From Salinivirgaceae bacterium (GTDB lineage: Bacteria; Bacteroidota; Bacteroidia; Bacteroidales; SZUA-534), in the NCBI GenBank assembly GCA_017557605.1, contig JAFYYJ010000044.1, forward strand, positions 19,655 to 83,654: 64,000 nucleotides of DNA, in the 5' to 3' direction. Made by a program: the position numbers and the translations under genes. The notes under the pieces were generated by a model, which searched no databases, was not told the DNA's origin, and saw only the letters and a program-made list of their open reading frames with translations. Positions 46,929-55,875 of the stretch are shown here, piece after piece; within the stretch, counting starts at the first letter, position 1, and the number at the start of each line of letters is the position of its first letter.

Positions 46929-47145
46929 GTATGAAGTAATTGTCTGAAAGACAACATTTTCATAACCGGGGGTTAAGCGAAGCGCAACCCGCGGATAACG
47001 ACACATATCTGACACCAGTCTGGAAGACTGAACCTTTTTAATGTTCACTCTTTCAGAGTGTTGCTCTGCGTGGTACTTCGACCGGAGGCTGCGCTTCGCT
47101 TGCGTCCGGATATGCAGATTCAGTCCTTCGGACTGCTCTTTTAAG
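46929..47145 (+). ncRNA. Candidate structured small RNA, antisense in orientation to the surrounding locus
   Basis: A -7-like box 'aataTTTG' (46920-46927) is followed by six hairpins: 46930-46964, 46967-46993, 47016-47030, 47046-47060, 47082-47109 and 47121-47135. The last is C(UUCG)G followed by 'ctctttt'. A 12-nt long-range complement links 46975-46986 and 47090-47101. Confidence 0.35.
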
Positions 47146-47239
47146 TTTGTTGTTATACTATATCCATACATTTTTAATTCTAACATTCAGTTATTCACAC
47201 ATTCAATCCTTCTCTCCTTCACGCATTCAGTTATTGTCT

Positions 47240-48010
47240 TTACCAACTTCCGCTGGCGCCGCCGCCGCCGAAGTGTCCGCCGCCAAATCCACCAAAACTA
47301 CTGTGACTAAATCCGCCACCCGAACTCCTACCGCCTGAACTCCAGTCGCTTGAATGCCAAGTGCCCGAACGGTAAACCGACGAACCTGGCGTAGTGTAAT
47401 GGTTCTTGCTGAACTTTAACGCCAGCAAAACAGTAACTACAATAAAGACAAGGAAAAAGACAATGGCGGCAATGTCGCCCGCAGTGTGCTCAATGTGCTG
47501 GTCGGCAGGTTGGAACTCGCCTTTAGTCATCGCAATGCAGGCATCCACAGCCTCGTCAATTCCCTCGTAAATCTCATTCTGGCGGAAATGCGGAATCATC
47601 TTGTAATTGATTATCCAACTGCACCTTGCGTCGGGAATGAGCGACTCAATGCCATAGCCCGTCTGAATGGTTACGCGCCCCGACTCGTAGTCGGTTTTCG
47701 GTTTATAGACAATGACAATGCCGTTGTCGAAGCCGTTCTGACCAACGCCCCAGCCCTCGCCCAACCGCTGGCCGAAGTCGGCAACATCGTAGCCGTGCAG
47801 GTTGGTTGTGGTGTAAATCAGAATCTGCGTGGAGGTCTCACGGTTGAAGGCTTCAAGTTTTTCGGTCAAGGCCGCGTGCTGCTCGTCGGTGAAGGCGTTG
47901 GCGCTGTCAACCACAAGCGCCTGCTCCGCTGGACGGCTGAAAATTTCGTCATCGGCAAACGAGGTAACCGTTGCCGCTAAAAATGTGATTATTAATAATA
48001 TCCGTTTCAT
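47240..48010 (-). CDS. TPM domain-containing protein (YgcG-like), paralogue 1
   Basis: Signal peptide, TPM core ('VVDSANAFTDEQHAAL...ILIYTT...GWGVGQNGFDNGIVIV'), a TM and a Gly-rich tail 'GGFGGGHFGGGGASGSW'. Confidence 0.85.
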   Translation of the reverse strand: MKRILLIITFLAATVTSFADDEIFSRPAEQALVVDSANAFTDEQHAALTEKLEAFNRETSTQILIYTTTNLHGYDVADFGQRLGEGWGVGQNGFDNGIVIVYKPKTDYESGRVTIQTGYGIESLIPDARCSWIINYKMIPHFRQNEIYEGIDEAVDACIAMTKGEFQPADQHIEHTAGDIAAIVFFLVFIVVTVLLALKFSKNHYTTPGSSVYRSGTWHSSDWSSGGRSSGGGFSHSSFGGFGGGHFGGGGASGSW

Positions 48011-48064
48011 TTTTCAATCTTTCAATCCTTCAGTTATTCAATCCTTCAATTAATCAATCCTTGT

Positions 48065-48811
48065 TTACCAACTGCCTCGTGCTCCGCCGCCACCAAAATG
48101 ACCGCCGCCGTAACTGTGGCTGCTGCTCGAACTGCGAGAACTTCTGTGGCTGCTGCCACCCGACGAACCTCTGCCGCTGCTCACAGTAACACCACTACTG
48201 GCGCCAATCCATATCAAAGCCATTAAGGACATAAAAAGAATCGAATATATAAACCGAAAAAGGGGACTCTCGAACCATCTTCTTTCTTTTTTAGCCATAT
48301 ATTCTTTCGCCGCGTTCTCGTCGCTTGCGAACTGCATGCAGAGGTCAACCGCCCTATCGATTCCCGAATAATAATGTCCTTTTTTGAACTCTGGAATCAT
48401 CTCAAAGTCAATAATTTGTTTGCAGACTGCATCAGGCATGAACGGTTCAATGCCGTAGCCCACCTGAATGGTCACCTCGCCTTTTACGAAACTCGTTTTC
48501 GGCTTACATACAATGACAATGCCATTGTCGGCACCCTCCTGCCCAACGCCCCAGCCCTCGCCTAACCTCTGGGCAAAATCAACAATGTCGTAACCATACA
48601 AAGAATAGGTGGTGTAAATCTGTATCTGCACCGTTGTGGCCCGTTCAAACGAGTCCAACTTGGCTGTCAGAGCCGCAAACTGTTCTGTGGTAAACACATT
48701 AGCACTGTCAACAACAAGATGCACCTCCGCTGGACGGCTGAAAATATCGTCATCGGCAAAAGTGGCAAGGGTTGCTGATATAAGGGTGATTATGAATAGA
48801 ATGCGGCGCAT
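48065..48811 (-). CDS. TPM domain-containing protein (YgcG-like), paralogue 2
   Basis: Same architecture as paralogue 1 ('VVDSANVFTTEQFAAL...GWGVGQEGADNGIVIV...GGGHFGGGGARGSW'). Confidence 0.85.
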   Translation of the reverse strand: MRRILFIITLISATLATFADDDIFSRPAEVHLVVDSANVFTTEQFAALTAKLDSFERATTVQIQIYTTYSLYGYDIVDFAQRLGEGWGVGQEGADNGIVIVCKPKTSFVKGEVTIQVGYGIEPFMPDAVCKQIIDFEMIPEFKKGHYYSGIDRAVDLCMQFASDENAAKEYMAKKERRWFESPLFRFIYSILFMSLMALIWIGASSGVTVSSGRGSSGGSSHRSSRSSSSSHSYGGGHFGGGGARGSW

Positions 48812-48837
48812 TGTAGTTTCTTAATTATTATCCTCAC

Positions 48838-51087
48838 TTACTTTTTGTTTGTCGCTGTTCTAACTATCCGAGCCCCAATGCCTGGGTCCGATTCAAAGCG
48901 CCGTCCATCGGGCCAATTATATTGACGGGCAGTGACGGTACAACGCCCTGCGGCTTCCTCATCTGTATATTCTGAGCCTTCAAACCGATAGCCACCGCCC
49001 CTGATAATACGGCCAAGTTTGTTTTCGGGCGCACGGCCATACCAGTAAGCCCAGTCCCAGCACCACTCGTAAAAATTGCCTGACATATCGTAAATTCCCA
49101 GTTCGTTAGGTTTTTTGGTTTTCACCTCGCGAGGTTCGTGATAATGAACTTGGGCGCCGCTGGACATAACAAAATCTTTTATATAAGCGGTTCCGCTGTA
49201 CCAAGCCACATCGGCAATGTTGTTACTGCCGCTGTATTTATAGCCCTTACTAAATTTTCCACCTCGCGCCGCATACTCCCATTCAGCCTCGGTGGGCATA
49301 CGATAGCCGTTGGCCGAGAAATCGCACTGAATCACATCCCAGTTGGTTGGCGTTTTGAGATATTCCAGTACCCGCCTGGGTTCCCAAGTCTTTACATCGG
49401 TACTTCCTTTGTATGAGTAGCAAGGTGTCAGCCCTCTGGCTTCGCTCAATAGGTTGCAGTACAAAACAACCTCGTACCAATTGACCCATACCGGTTTCGT
49501 ATCGCCGTCGAAAGGGCCGGGATTAACACGCATTATTTCCTTGAATTCGGCTTGAGTTAATTCATGGTCACACATATAGAAACTGCCCACCGTTACGCTG
49601 TGCACAGGTCTCTCTTCTTCATCTCCCATAGCGTTTCCCATTTTGAAGGTTCCGCCTTCAACGAACACAAACTTGTCGTCGGTGCGCTGAACACTCTTTT
49701 TGGGTGCCGGCGAACTGGCATAACTGACACCCGGAACATTTTTCACCACACGGAAACCAAAGCTATTAGTAGCCTTGTATGGTCTTATAACTGAATTTCT
49801 GGCCGAAATGCGTGAACGAAAAGAATCAGATTCGTATGTACCTCCCCTATAAGCTCTTACAATGTAAATGCCCATAAAGTAAAAACCGTCAGAAAAACCT
49901 TTTGGGTTGGTTTCGCTTCCGTCAGCATAAGTGGCGAACCAGTCCCAGCACCATTCGGTCACATTGCCGCTCATATCGTACAATCCGAGTTCGTTGGCTT
50001 TTTTCTGCATTACGGCGTGCGGTTTGCTTCCGCTGTTGCCTTTGTGCCAGGCCACCTCGTCAATATTGTTGCTTCCGCTGTAAGTGTAGCCTTTGCTCTT
50101 TTTCCCACCACGGGCAGCCCACTCCCATTCGGCCTCTGTGGGCAGCCTGTAGCCGTTGGCAGTCCAGTCACAGGTAAGCTTCCAATGGGGATAAGGGTCG
50201 TCACTGTAGAACTTGGTATAGTCGTCACCCCATTTCTGGACATCGGTTTCTCCCTTGAACGCGTAGCACGGAGTCAGACCTTCGCTCATACTGAGTTTGT
50301 TGCAGTAATAGACGGCATCGTACCAGCTCACCTTTTCCATCGGGAAGTTTGTGCCTTTATGTCCGCTCACGTTAGACTTTCTTGTAACCGATGTGTATTC
50401 CTCCTGCGTCACCTCGTGGTCGCACATATAGAAGCTGCTCACCGTGACGCTGTGCGCGGGTTTCTCAAACTCGCCACCGGAATTGTCTCCCATAACAAAT
50501 GTTCCTCCCTCGACAAGGATAAAACCCTCACTTGCCTTCTTTTTCGTCCCCTGCGTACTCTGTCCGCCGCCCTGTGTGCTCTGTCCGCCACCCTGCGCAT
50601 TTTTGTTGTTTGTCAATGCAAGCCGAGCATCGCTGCTTAGTTTTGATTTTGGGTCGATATTGATTGATTTAAGGTTTTTACAATCAGCAAAAACCTCTTT
50701 GTCAACCACGGTTACGCTTGCCGGAATGGTTATTTCGCGAATTGCCGTATTCTTGAAAAGTCTGTAATTCAGATTTGTAAGCCCATTATGCAGTGTCACT
50801 TTCGATAGTGATGTGCAGTTTTGGAATGCAGCCTTGCCTATTGTCTTTACAGAAGCCGGAATATCGATTTCGGTCAGATTCGAACACCCATGAAAGGCAA
50901 GGTCGCCAATTTTAGTTACCGATGACGGAATGACAACTTTTTTTATGCTGGTGTTGCCATAATACGCCATTGACTTTATTTCTGCGGTACCACCGGCAAT
51001 GGTCAGCACTCCATTAACAATTTTTTGCGCCGACAACGAACCTGTCGCCAACAGAAAGGATGAGATTAAAACAAATATTTTTTTCAT
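48838..51087 (-). CDS. Secreted BspA-type LRR protein fused to two FGE-sulfatase (SUMF1/formylglycine-generating-enzyme-like) domains
   Basis: Signal peptide 'MKKIFVLISSFLLATGSLSAQ', LRR units 'IPxSVxxIGxxAFxxC' and a 'GGGQSTQGGGQSTQG' linker. Two copies of 'FYMCDHE(V/L)TQ', 'ANGYR(L/M)PTEAEWE(W/Y)AARGG' and 'YDMSGN..EWCWDW' follow. Confidence 0.8.
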   Translation of the reverse strand: MKKIFVLISSFLLATGSLSAQKIVNGVLTIAGGTAEIKSMAYYGNTSIKKVVIPSSVTKIGDLAFHGCSNLTEIDIPASVKTIGKAAFQNCTSLSKVTLHNGLTNLNYRLFKNTAIREITIPASVTVVDKEVFADCKNLKSINIDPKSKLSSDARLALTNNKNAQGGGQSTQGGGQSTQGTKKKASEGFILVEGGTFVMGDNSGGEFEKPAHSVTVSSFYMCDHEVTQEEYTSVTRKSNVSGHKGTNFPMEKVSWYDAVYYCNKLSMSEGLTPCYAFKGETDVQKWGDDYTKFYSDDPYPHWKLTCDWTANGYRLPTEAEWEWAARGGKKSKGYTYSGSNNIDEVAWHKGNSGSKPHAVMQKKANELGLYDMSGNVTEWCWDWFATYADGSETNPKGFSDGFYFMGIYIVRAYRGGTYESDSFRSRISARNSVIRPYKATNSFGFRVVKNVPGVSYASSPAPKKSVQRTDDKFVFVEGGTFKMGNAMGDEEERPVHSVTVGSFYMCDHELTQAEFKEIMRVNPGPFDGDTKPVWVNWYEVVLYCNLLSEARGLTPCYSYKGSTDVKTWEPRRVLEYLKTPTNWDVIQCDFSANGYRMPTEAEWEYAARGGKFSKGYKYSGSNNIADVAWYSGTAYIKDFVMSSGAQVHYHEPREVKTKKPNELGIYDMSGNFYEWCWDWAYWYGRAPENKLGRIIRGGGYRFEGSEYTDEEAAGRCTVTARQYNWPDGRRFESDPGIGARIVRTATNKK

Positions 51088-51282
51088 AATCAAATAATTA
51101 ACCAACACAATCGCGTCAATATTTCATTTTTCAATATAGATATTTTTTGCGTTTAGAGATTACCGGCATTTTATGGAGAAGAGTTTACACTGTTTCATTA
51201 TTGTTTGCACTGAAGTTTTTTAAGTTCAACTATTATTGTGTATTTTTATCGCATTAGTACTAATCATAATTATTAAAACAAA

Positions 51283-52440
51283 ATGAGAACTAATCGTTTA
51301 CAAACACTTATGGCGGCAGCATCGCTTATGTTTTGCGTAAGTTGCTCGAATAATTGTCAGACATCAACACAACCTCAGCCAATTCAGCCGGGCGAACAAG
51401 CCCCTTTGGCTGATGTGGGACAGAAAAATTTCGGCGGATTTCAGAATGGCGACACCACAGGCATGGCGGCCCGACGCAAAGCTATGTTGGAGGCTATGAA
51501 CAAAATCCGCACGCTCTCGTTCGACGAACTCTCTATGAGTGACCCATTCATCTATCCTGACCCCGAAACCAAGACATACTACCTTACAAGTTCGGGCGGA
51601 CGTATGTACAAGAGTAAAGATTTGAAAACCTGGGAAGGCCCATATAACATAATCGACATCAAAGGCTTATGGCTCGAAAAAGCCGGTTTTGCCGCAGCAG
51701 CCGAAATTCACAAGATTGGCGACTATTACTACTACGCCGGCACTTGGAGCGACCATTCTGACCTTATACAGCAAATCCCCCGCCGATACAATGTGCCTCA
51801 CAATCAGACCTATCTGCTCAGGTCGAAAAATGTTGAAGGTCCGTACACATCATTTGCCGTTACTCCTGGTTACGATTACGAGCCGCGCGAGTGGGACTGC
51901 ATCGACGGTACTCTCTATCAGGAAAATGGGAAAACGTATATGATTTTTGTTCACGAGTGGACGCAGATAATCGACGGCACAATGGATTACATCGAACTGT
52001 CAGAAGACCTGACACATACCGTTTCTGAATGGCCTGTAACAATGTTCCGCGCATCAGAAGCACCTTACTGCGGTGAGATGAACAGTTTGGGCGAAGCAAC
52101 ATTCGGACTGAAAATGCCCGGTTGGGTTACCGACGGTCCGCAAATGTTCCGCACACAAACCGGCAAACTCGGAATGTTGTGGTCAACTTGGGGCAAAGAG
52201 CGTTACCTGCAAGCCGTCTGCTATTCTGAATCGGGCACAATCGCCGGACCTTGGGTGCAGGAACCCGAACCGTTCCTGGCTAACAATTCGGGACACGGAA
52301 TGCTATTCAAAACTTTCGAAGGTAAGTTGATTTACATCGTCCACCACGTTGAGAACGACGGCCCACGCAAACCGCAAATGTGGGAAATTGACGATAGCGG
52401 CGACAAACTTGTCTTGGGGAAAAGGTATTTTCCGGAATAA
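51283..52440 (+). CDS. Glycoside hydrolase family 43 lipoprotein
   Basis: Lipobox 'FCVSCS'. GH43-type motifs are 'MSDPFIYPDPETKTYYLT', 'DCIDGTLY' and 'ATFGLKMPGWVTDGP'. Confidence 0.75.
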   Translation: MRTNRLQTLMAAASLMFCVSCSNNCQTSTQPQPIQPGEQAPLADVGQKNFGGFQNGDTTGMAARRKAMLEAMNKIRTLSFDELSMSDPFIYPDPETKTYYLTSSGGRMYKSKDLKTWEGPYNIIDIKGLWLEKAGFAAAAEIHKIGDYYYYAGTWSDHSDLIQQIPRRYNVPHNQTYLLRSKNVEGPYTSFAVTPGYDYEPREWDCIDGTLYQENGKTYMIFVHEWTQIIDGTMDYIELSEDLTHTVSEWPVTMFRASEAPYCGEMNSLGEATFGLKMPGWVTDGPQMFRTQTGKLGMLWSTWGKERYLQAVCYSESGTIAGPWVQEPEPFLANNSGHGMLFKTFEGKLIYIVHHVENDGPRKPQMWEIDDSGDKLVLGKRYFPE

Positions 52441-52471
52441 GGCTTGAATAGAGGATATTGATGGAAATAAA

Positions 52472-52516
52472 AAAGCCTTGTAGGTGTTTAACTGCAAGGC
52501 TTTGTTTTGTTTCTAG
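52472..52516 (+). terminator. Terminator hairpin of the GH43 gene; 45-nt repeat, copy 1
   Basis: AAAGCCTTG-N14-CAAGGCTTT followed by 'gttttgtttctag'. It is near-identical to the reverse complement of 54201-54246. Confidence 0.7.
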
Positions 52517-52634
52517 TGGAGAACAAGGTAAAACTCTATTGACTTTACCCTTCAACGTATTTATGCAAAAACACGAATTATCCGACAAGATTGTTGTTTT
52601 GATGATATTTGGTATATGTTACAAAACTGTTTGA

Positions 52635-52766
52635 TTGTCTTTTATAATATTTCGAGCGAGTCTAATACCTTTTGTTTCTATTTTTGGCAAACCTGTCGAA
52701 ATTGAAGACAGTGAAGATTTAAGTGTGTTTGGTGTTGTTACGTGGGTAATGAAAAAGAAAGCCTAA
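52635..52766 (+). pseudogene. 3' remnant of an S24 peptidase (UmuD/LexA-like) gene
   Basis: The frame abutting the umuC ATG reads '...SLIPFVSIFGKPVEIEDSEDLSVFGVVTWVMKKKA*', which resembles UmuD C-termini ('GVV' strand). It is open for only 44 codons after an in-frame TGA and has no catalytic Ser/Lys region. Confidence 0.4.
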
Positions 52767-54041
52767 ATGATTCTGCATATTGATTGCAATACATTCTACG
52801 CCTCGTGTGAGGTTGCTTTGCACCCCGACTTGCAAGGCAAGCCTGTTGTTGTCGCAAACTGCAATGAGGCTGGTGGCGGCATCATTCTGGCACTTACCAA
52901 AGAGGCTAAAGCCCTCGGACTAAAGCGCGGCGACCCAGTGTTTAAGGTTACCAAATTGTTGAATGACAACAATGTGACTGTATTTCCCGCCAACTTGCCA
53001 AAGTACGTTGATATTAGCCGCCGTCTGATGCGGATTGTCCGTGAGCAAAATATTGTGGTGAACTTTCAGCAGTATTCAGTTGATGAATTTTTCGGCGAGT
53101 TGCCAACAGACGATAAAGACCAACTGCGTGAGGCGGCACTCAAAATCAAACACCACATAGAGCAAAGCACAGACATACCCGTCAGCTGTGGAGTTTCGCT
53201 AACGTACACACTCGGTAAGGTTGCCACGTGGTATGCCAAGCACTATCCTGGCTATGAAGGTGTTTGCGTTTTGCCTAAAGACAAAATCGAGGTTGCTTTA
53301 AATAATTTCCCCATTGCTGAAGTGTGGGGTATAGGCCGTCGCACAGCGCCGAAACTCAAAGCCAACGGCATTGATAATGCCTTGCAGTTTTACAATACCG
53401 ATGAGAGACACATTCGCCGCTGGCTCAATATCAATGGTGTGTGCACATGGAAGGAGTTGCATGGTATACCTTCAATCAGCATCGATAATCCTGAACGTCA
53501 GCAATCTATTTGTCACTCGCGCACATTCGCCTATATGACAAGCGACCTCAACACGCTACGCACTTACATTTCCGATTATGCGGTGGCTGTAGCTCGCAAA
53601 CTTCGCGCGCAACATTCAGTTTGTCTGACGGTTAGCGCGTTCTTGTCAACCAATCCGTTCCGTGAGGATTTAGACCAGTACAGCAATATGGCAACCACAA
53701 AATTAAATGTTGCCACTGCCGACAGTCGGGATATCTGCAAAGCCGCCATAAGCGCATTGGAAGAAATATACAAGCCTGGATTGCAATACAAGAAGGCCGG
53801 AGTCATTCTCTCAAACATTACAAGCGATGAGAACATACAGTTTGATTTGTTCCAAGACCCCGAGCAAACGTCAAAGTCCAGCAAGTTAATGGCCGCACTT
53901 GATTCGCTAACAGACAAGTATGGTATGGATTCAGTCAAACTAGCCGCACAAGGATTTGAAAAGCCTAATTTGAACCTCTCCAACTTTCAATCATCGCAGA
54001 ATCAAAGTACCAACATAAACGATATAATTAAAGCAAAATAA
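52767..54041 (+). CDS. umuC: Y-family translesion DNA polymerase (UmuC-like)
   Basis: N-terminus 'ILHIDCNTFYASCEV' and 'YSVDEFF'. At 424 aa it matches the ImpB/MucB/SamB family layout. Confidence 0.85.
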   Translation: MILHIDCNTFYASCEVALHPDLQGKPVVVANCNEAGGGIILALTKEAKALGLKRGDPVFKVTKLLNDNNVTVFPANLPKYVDISRRLMRIVREQNIVVNFQQYSVDEFFGELPTDDKDQLREAALKIKHHIEQSTDIPVSCGVSLTYTLGKVATWYAKHYPGYEGVCVLPKDKIEVALNNFPIAEVWGIGRRTAPKLKANGIDNALQFYNTDERHIRRWLNINGVCTWKELHGIPSISIDNPERQQSICHSRTFAYMTSDLNTLRTYISDYAVAVARKLRAQHSVCLTVSAFLSTNPFREDLDQYSNMATTKLNVATADSRDICKAAISALEEIYKPGLQYKKAGVILSNITSDENIQFDLFQDPEQTSKSSKLMAALDSLTDKYGMDSVKLAAQGFEKPNLNLSNFQSSQNQSTNINDIIKAK

Positions 54042-54200
54042 AAACTTAGATAGTACTTTGTGAGCACGCGATACATCAATTTTGCTCTGGATTCATTTTT
54101 TCGTTATATAAAACCTTCTATAGACAAAATCACAAAGATTAAGTTTGGTCGGGGATAGTGAAAAACTACAGTTTTTAATATTTTTTTCAGTATAGTTTCA

Positions 54201-54246
54201 CTAAACAAACAACAAAGCCTTGCAAGTTATTCACCTACAAGGCTTT
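54201..54246 (-). terminator. Terminator hairpin downstream of tRNA-Ala; 45-nt repeat, copy 2 (inverted)
   Basis: The minus strand reads AAAGCCTTG-N15-CAAGGCTTT followed by 'gttgtttgtttag'. Confidence 0.7.
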
Positions 54247-54260
54247 AATCTTTTGATTTG

Positions 54261-54336
<76 letters not shown>

Positions 54337-54356
54337 GGCGGTGCAAATGTATAAAA

Positions 54357-55001
54357 TCATTCCAAACGTGCAAACTCAAACCCCAAATCGGTAAAATGCT
54401 GAAGCACACGCGGCAAGGCGAAATACAGATTCATACGCGCCTTCATTGAGTCGTGGAAGGTGATTATGGAGCCGCCGGTGGCGTATTTCAGCACGCAGTT
54501 GCAGCACTCGTGTGGTTTCACGCGGTGATTGTAGTCCTCTGGCATCACGTCCCACAAAATCATACGGTAGCCCTGTTGGCGCAACGGCTCAATCTGTTTT
54601 TTGGTGAACCGTCCGTAAGGCGGGCGCATCAGCTTCGAATCAACATACTGCGAGGCCAAATCCACATCGTCAATATATTCCTTCGCACTTACGTGCCAGC
54701 CGTTCAAATGGCTGTAGGTGTGGTTACCGACGGCGTGGCCCTCATCAATTATGCGGCGATAGATTTCGGGATAATGGTCAACATTGCGGCCAAGGCAGAA
54801 GAAAGTAGCCTTTGCGTTGTATTCGGCCAGATTATTGAGCACCCACTCGGTAACTTCGGGCGTCGGTCCGTCATCGAAAGTCAGATAGAGTGTCTTGGGG
54901 GCACCCTCAACTTTCCATTGAAACTTCGGGAAAAAACGCCTTACAAACTGCGGCGGATGATTTATTACTCGAATCACTTCTGTCGTTTTTACAGGCCGCA
55001 A
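54357..55001 (-). CDS. Polysaccharide deacetylase (NodB homology domain, CE4)
   Basis: Motifs 'LTFDDGP' and 'GNHTYSH'. The start is uncertain, because the ORF opens with TTG and has no upstream ATG. Confidence 0.8.
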   Translation of the reverse strand: MRPVKTTEVIRVINHPPQFVRRFFPKFQWKVEGAPKTLYLTFDDGPTPEVTEWVLNNLAEYNAKATFFCLGRNVDHYPEIYRRIIDEGHAVGNHTYSHLNGWHVSAKEYIDDVDLASQYVDSKLMRPPYGRFTKKQIEPLRQQGYRMILWDVMPEDYNHRVKPHECCNCVLKYATGGSIITFHDSMKARMNLYFALPRVLQHFTDLGFEFARLE

Positions 55002-55092
55002 AGATAATGATTAATGTAGGAATGATTAATGTTTAATGAGTAAAGTATAATGGTTTCTTCACTCATTCATCACGATAGCTATCAGGTTTCAA

Positions 55093-55875
55093 TCATTGTT
55101 TTTCTGTCAGATGCTTCCAATAACGCACGGGCATATCTTGCTTCATTTTCCGTGGGTTGCGCCGCGACTCAATGGATATCGACTTGTAATAAGTTCGCCA
55201 CAGCGACTGGAAAAGTTGCTCGTCGGCATCCATAATGCTTTTGTCGAGGAGACCGTCTTGGGCAATTTTGTTGTCGGCGGCAAACGTTATGCGGTTAACC
55301 TCGTGCAAATCATACATATAACCATATTGCCGAAGCAAATCATAGATTACCCACCGCTGGTCGGCGAAACGGTCGGAAAAATGTTCGAGCGTAAGCGGCA
55401 GCACATTGTGGCGCGGCTCAAAAGCGGCAAAATAGATACCATCGGCAGTCTTCTGAAACCGCAGAAACTGAAGCATCCGAAGCCGTTCGCCACAAACTTG
55501 CTTGTACACTTGCGACAGCCGCAGCACATCAGCATCGCCGAAATTCGTCTCGATTGACTTAGGCGAGTCAATCATCTTGCAGATATACCTGAAAATCAGT
55601 TCGTCAACATCGGTAATACTATCGGCAAGCCAGCTGACAGTTAGGCTGTGCAGAGCCAGCTCCGTCATCTTTTTCTCAAGGTGCGCCCAAACGCGGGCCG
55701 CTTTATTCTCATCGGTGGCAACGGTGTGCGCCACCTCGCAAAACAATGGTGCGGGCTCGTCAAACGCTAGCAGGCGCTGAGGTTTTCTTTTCAGCAGATA
55801 CGAGTCGAAAACGCACGTAAGCAAGCCGTCGAAGGTCTTGTCGTACGCAAAAGCCGATTCCACAACATCGCTCAT
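55093..55875 (-). CDS. DUF4130 / TIGR03915-type putative DNA-metabolism protein (partner of the radical SAM gene)
   Basis: 260 aa with a 1-nt stop/start overlap (TGATG) with the upstream radical SAM gene. The N-terminus 'YDKTFDGLLTCVFDSY' and the C-terminus 'RNPRKMKQDMPVRYWKHLTE' are typical of this family. Confidence 0.7.
   Translation of the reverse strand: MSDVVESAFAYDKTFDGLLTCVFDSYLLKRKPQRLLAFDEPAPLFCEVAHTVATDENKAARVWAHLEKKMTELALHSLTVSWLADSITDVDELIFRYICKMIDSPKSIETNFGDADVLRLSQVYKQVCGERLRMLQFLRFQKTADGIYFAAFEPRHNVLPLTLEHFSDRFADQRWVIYDLLRQYGYMYDLHEVNRITFAADNKIAQDGLLDKSIMDADEQLFQSLWRTYYKSISIESRRNPRKMKQDMPVRYWKHLTEKQ

Noticed and set aside
46929-47145. Assignment of the hairpin-rich element to a known RNA class (6S, tmRNA, RNase P, SRP, riboswitch, retron msr/msd)
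   Set aside because: There is no 5'/3' closing stem as in 6S. The tRNA-like end and tag ORF of tmRNA are absent, as are the RNase P P4 motifs (GAGGAAAGUCC) and the SRP domain IV motif. There is no adjacent RT. I kept it only as an unclassified candidate.
46818-47310. ORFs 46818..47186 (-, 122 aa) and 47041..47310 (+, 89 aa) in the large intergenic gap
   Set aside because: They run through word repeats and hairpins, have low-complexity or odd composition and carry no motifs. The plus-strand ORF overlaps the 3' end of the TPM gene.
50545-50600. 21-nt tandem duplication encoding GGGQSTQ-GGGQSTQ in the LRR-FGE protein
   Set aside because: It has only two copies and forms a flexible inter-domain linker. 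I treated it as minor low-complexity sequence rather than a separate feature.
48838-51087. Possible diversity-generating retroelement target, because FGE/C-type-lectin-fold domains are classic DGR variable proteins
   Set aside because: There is no reverse transcriptase in the window. I found no template/variable repeat pair with A-specific mismatches. The two FGE domains are ordinary internal paralogues.
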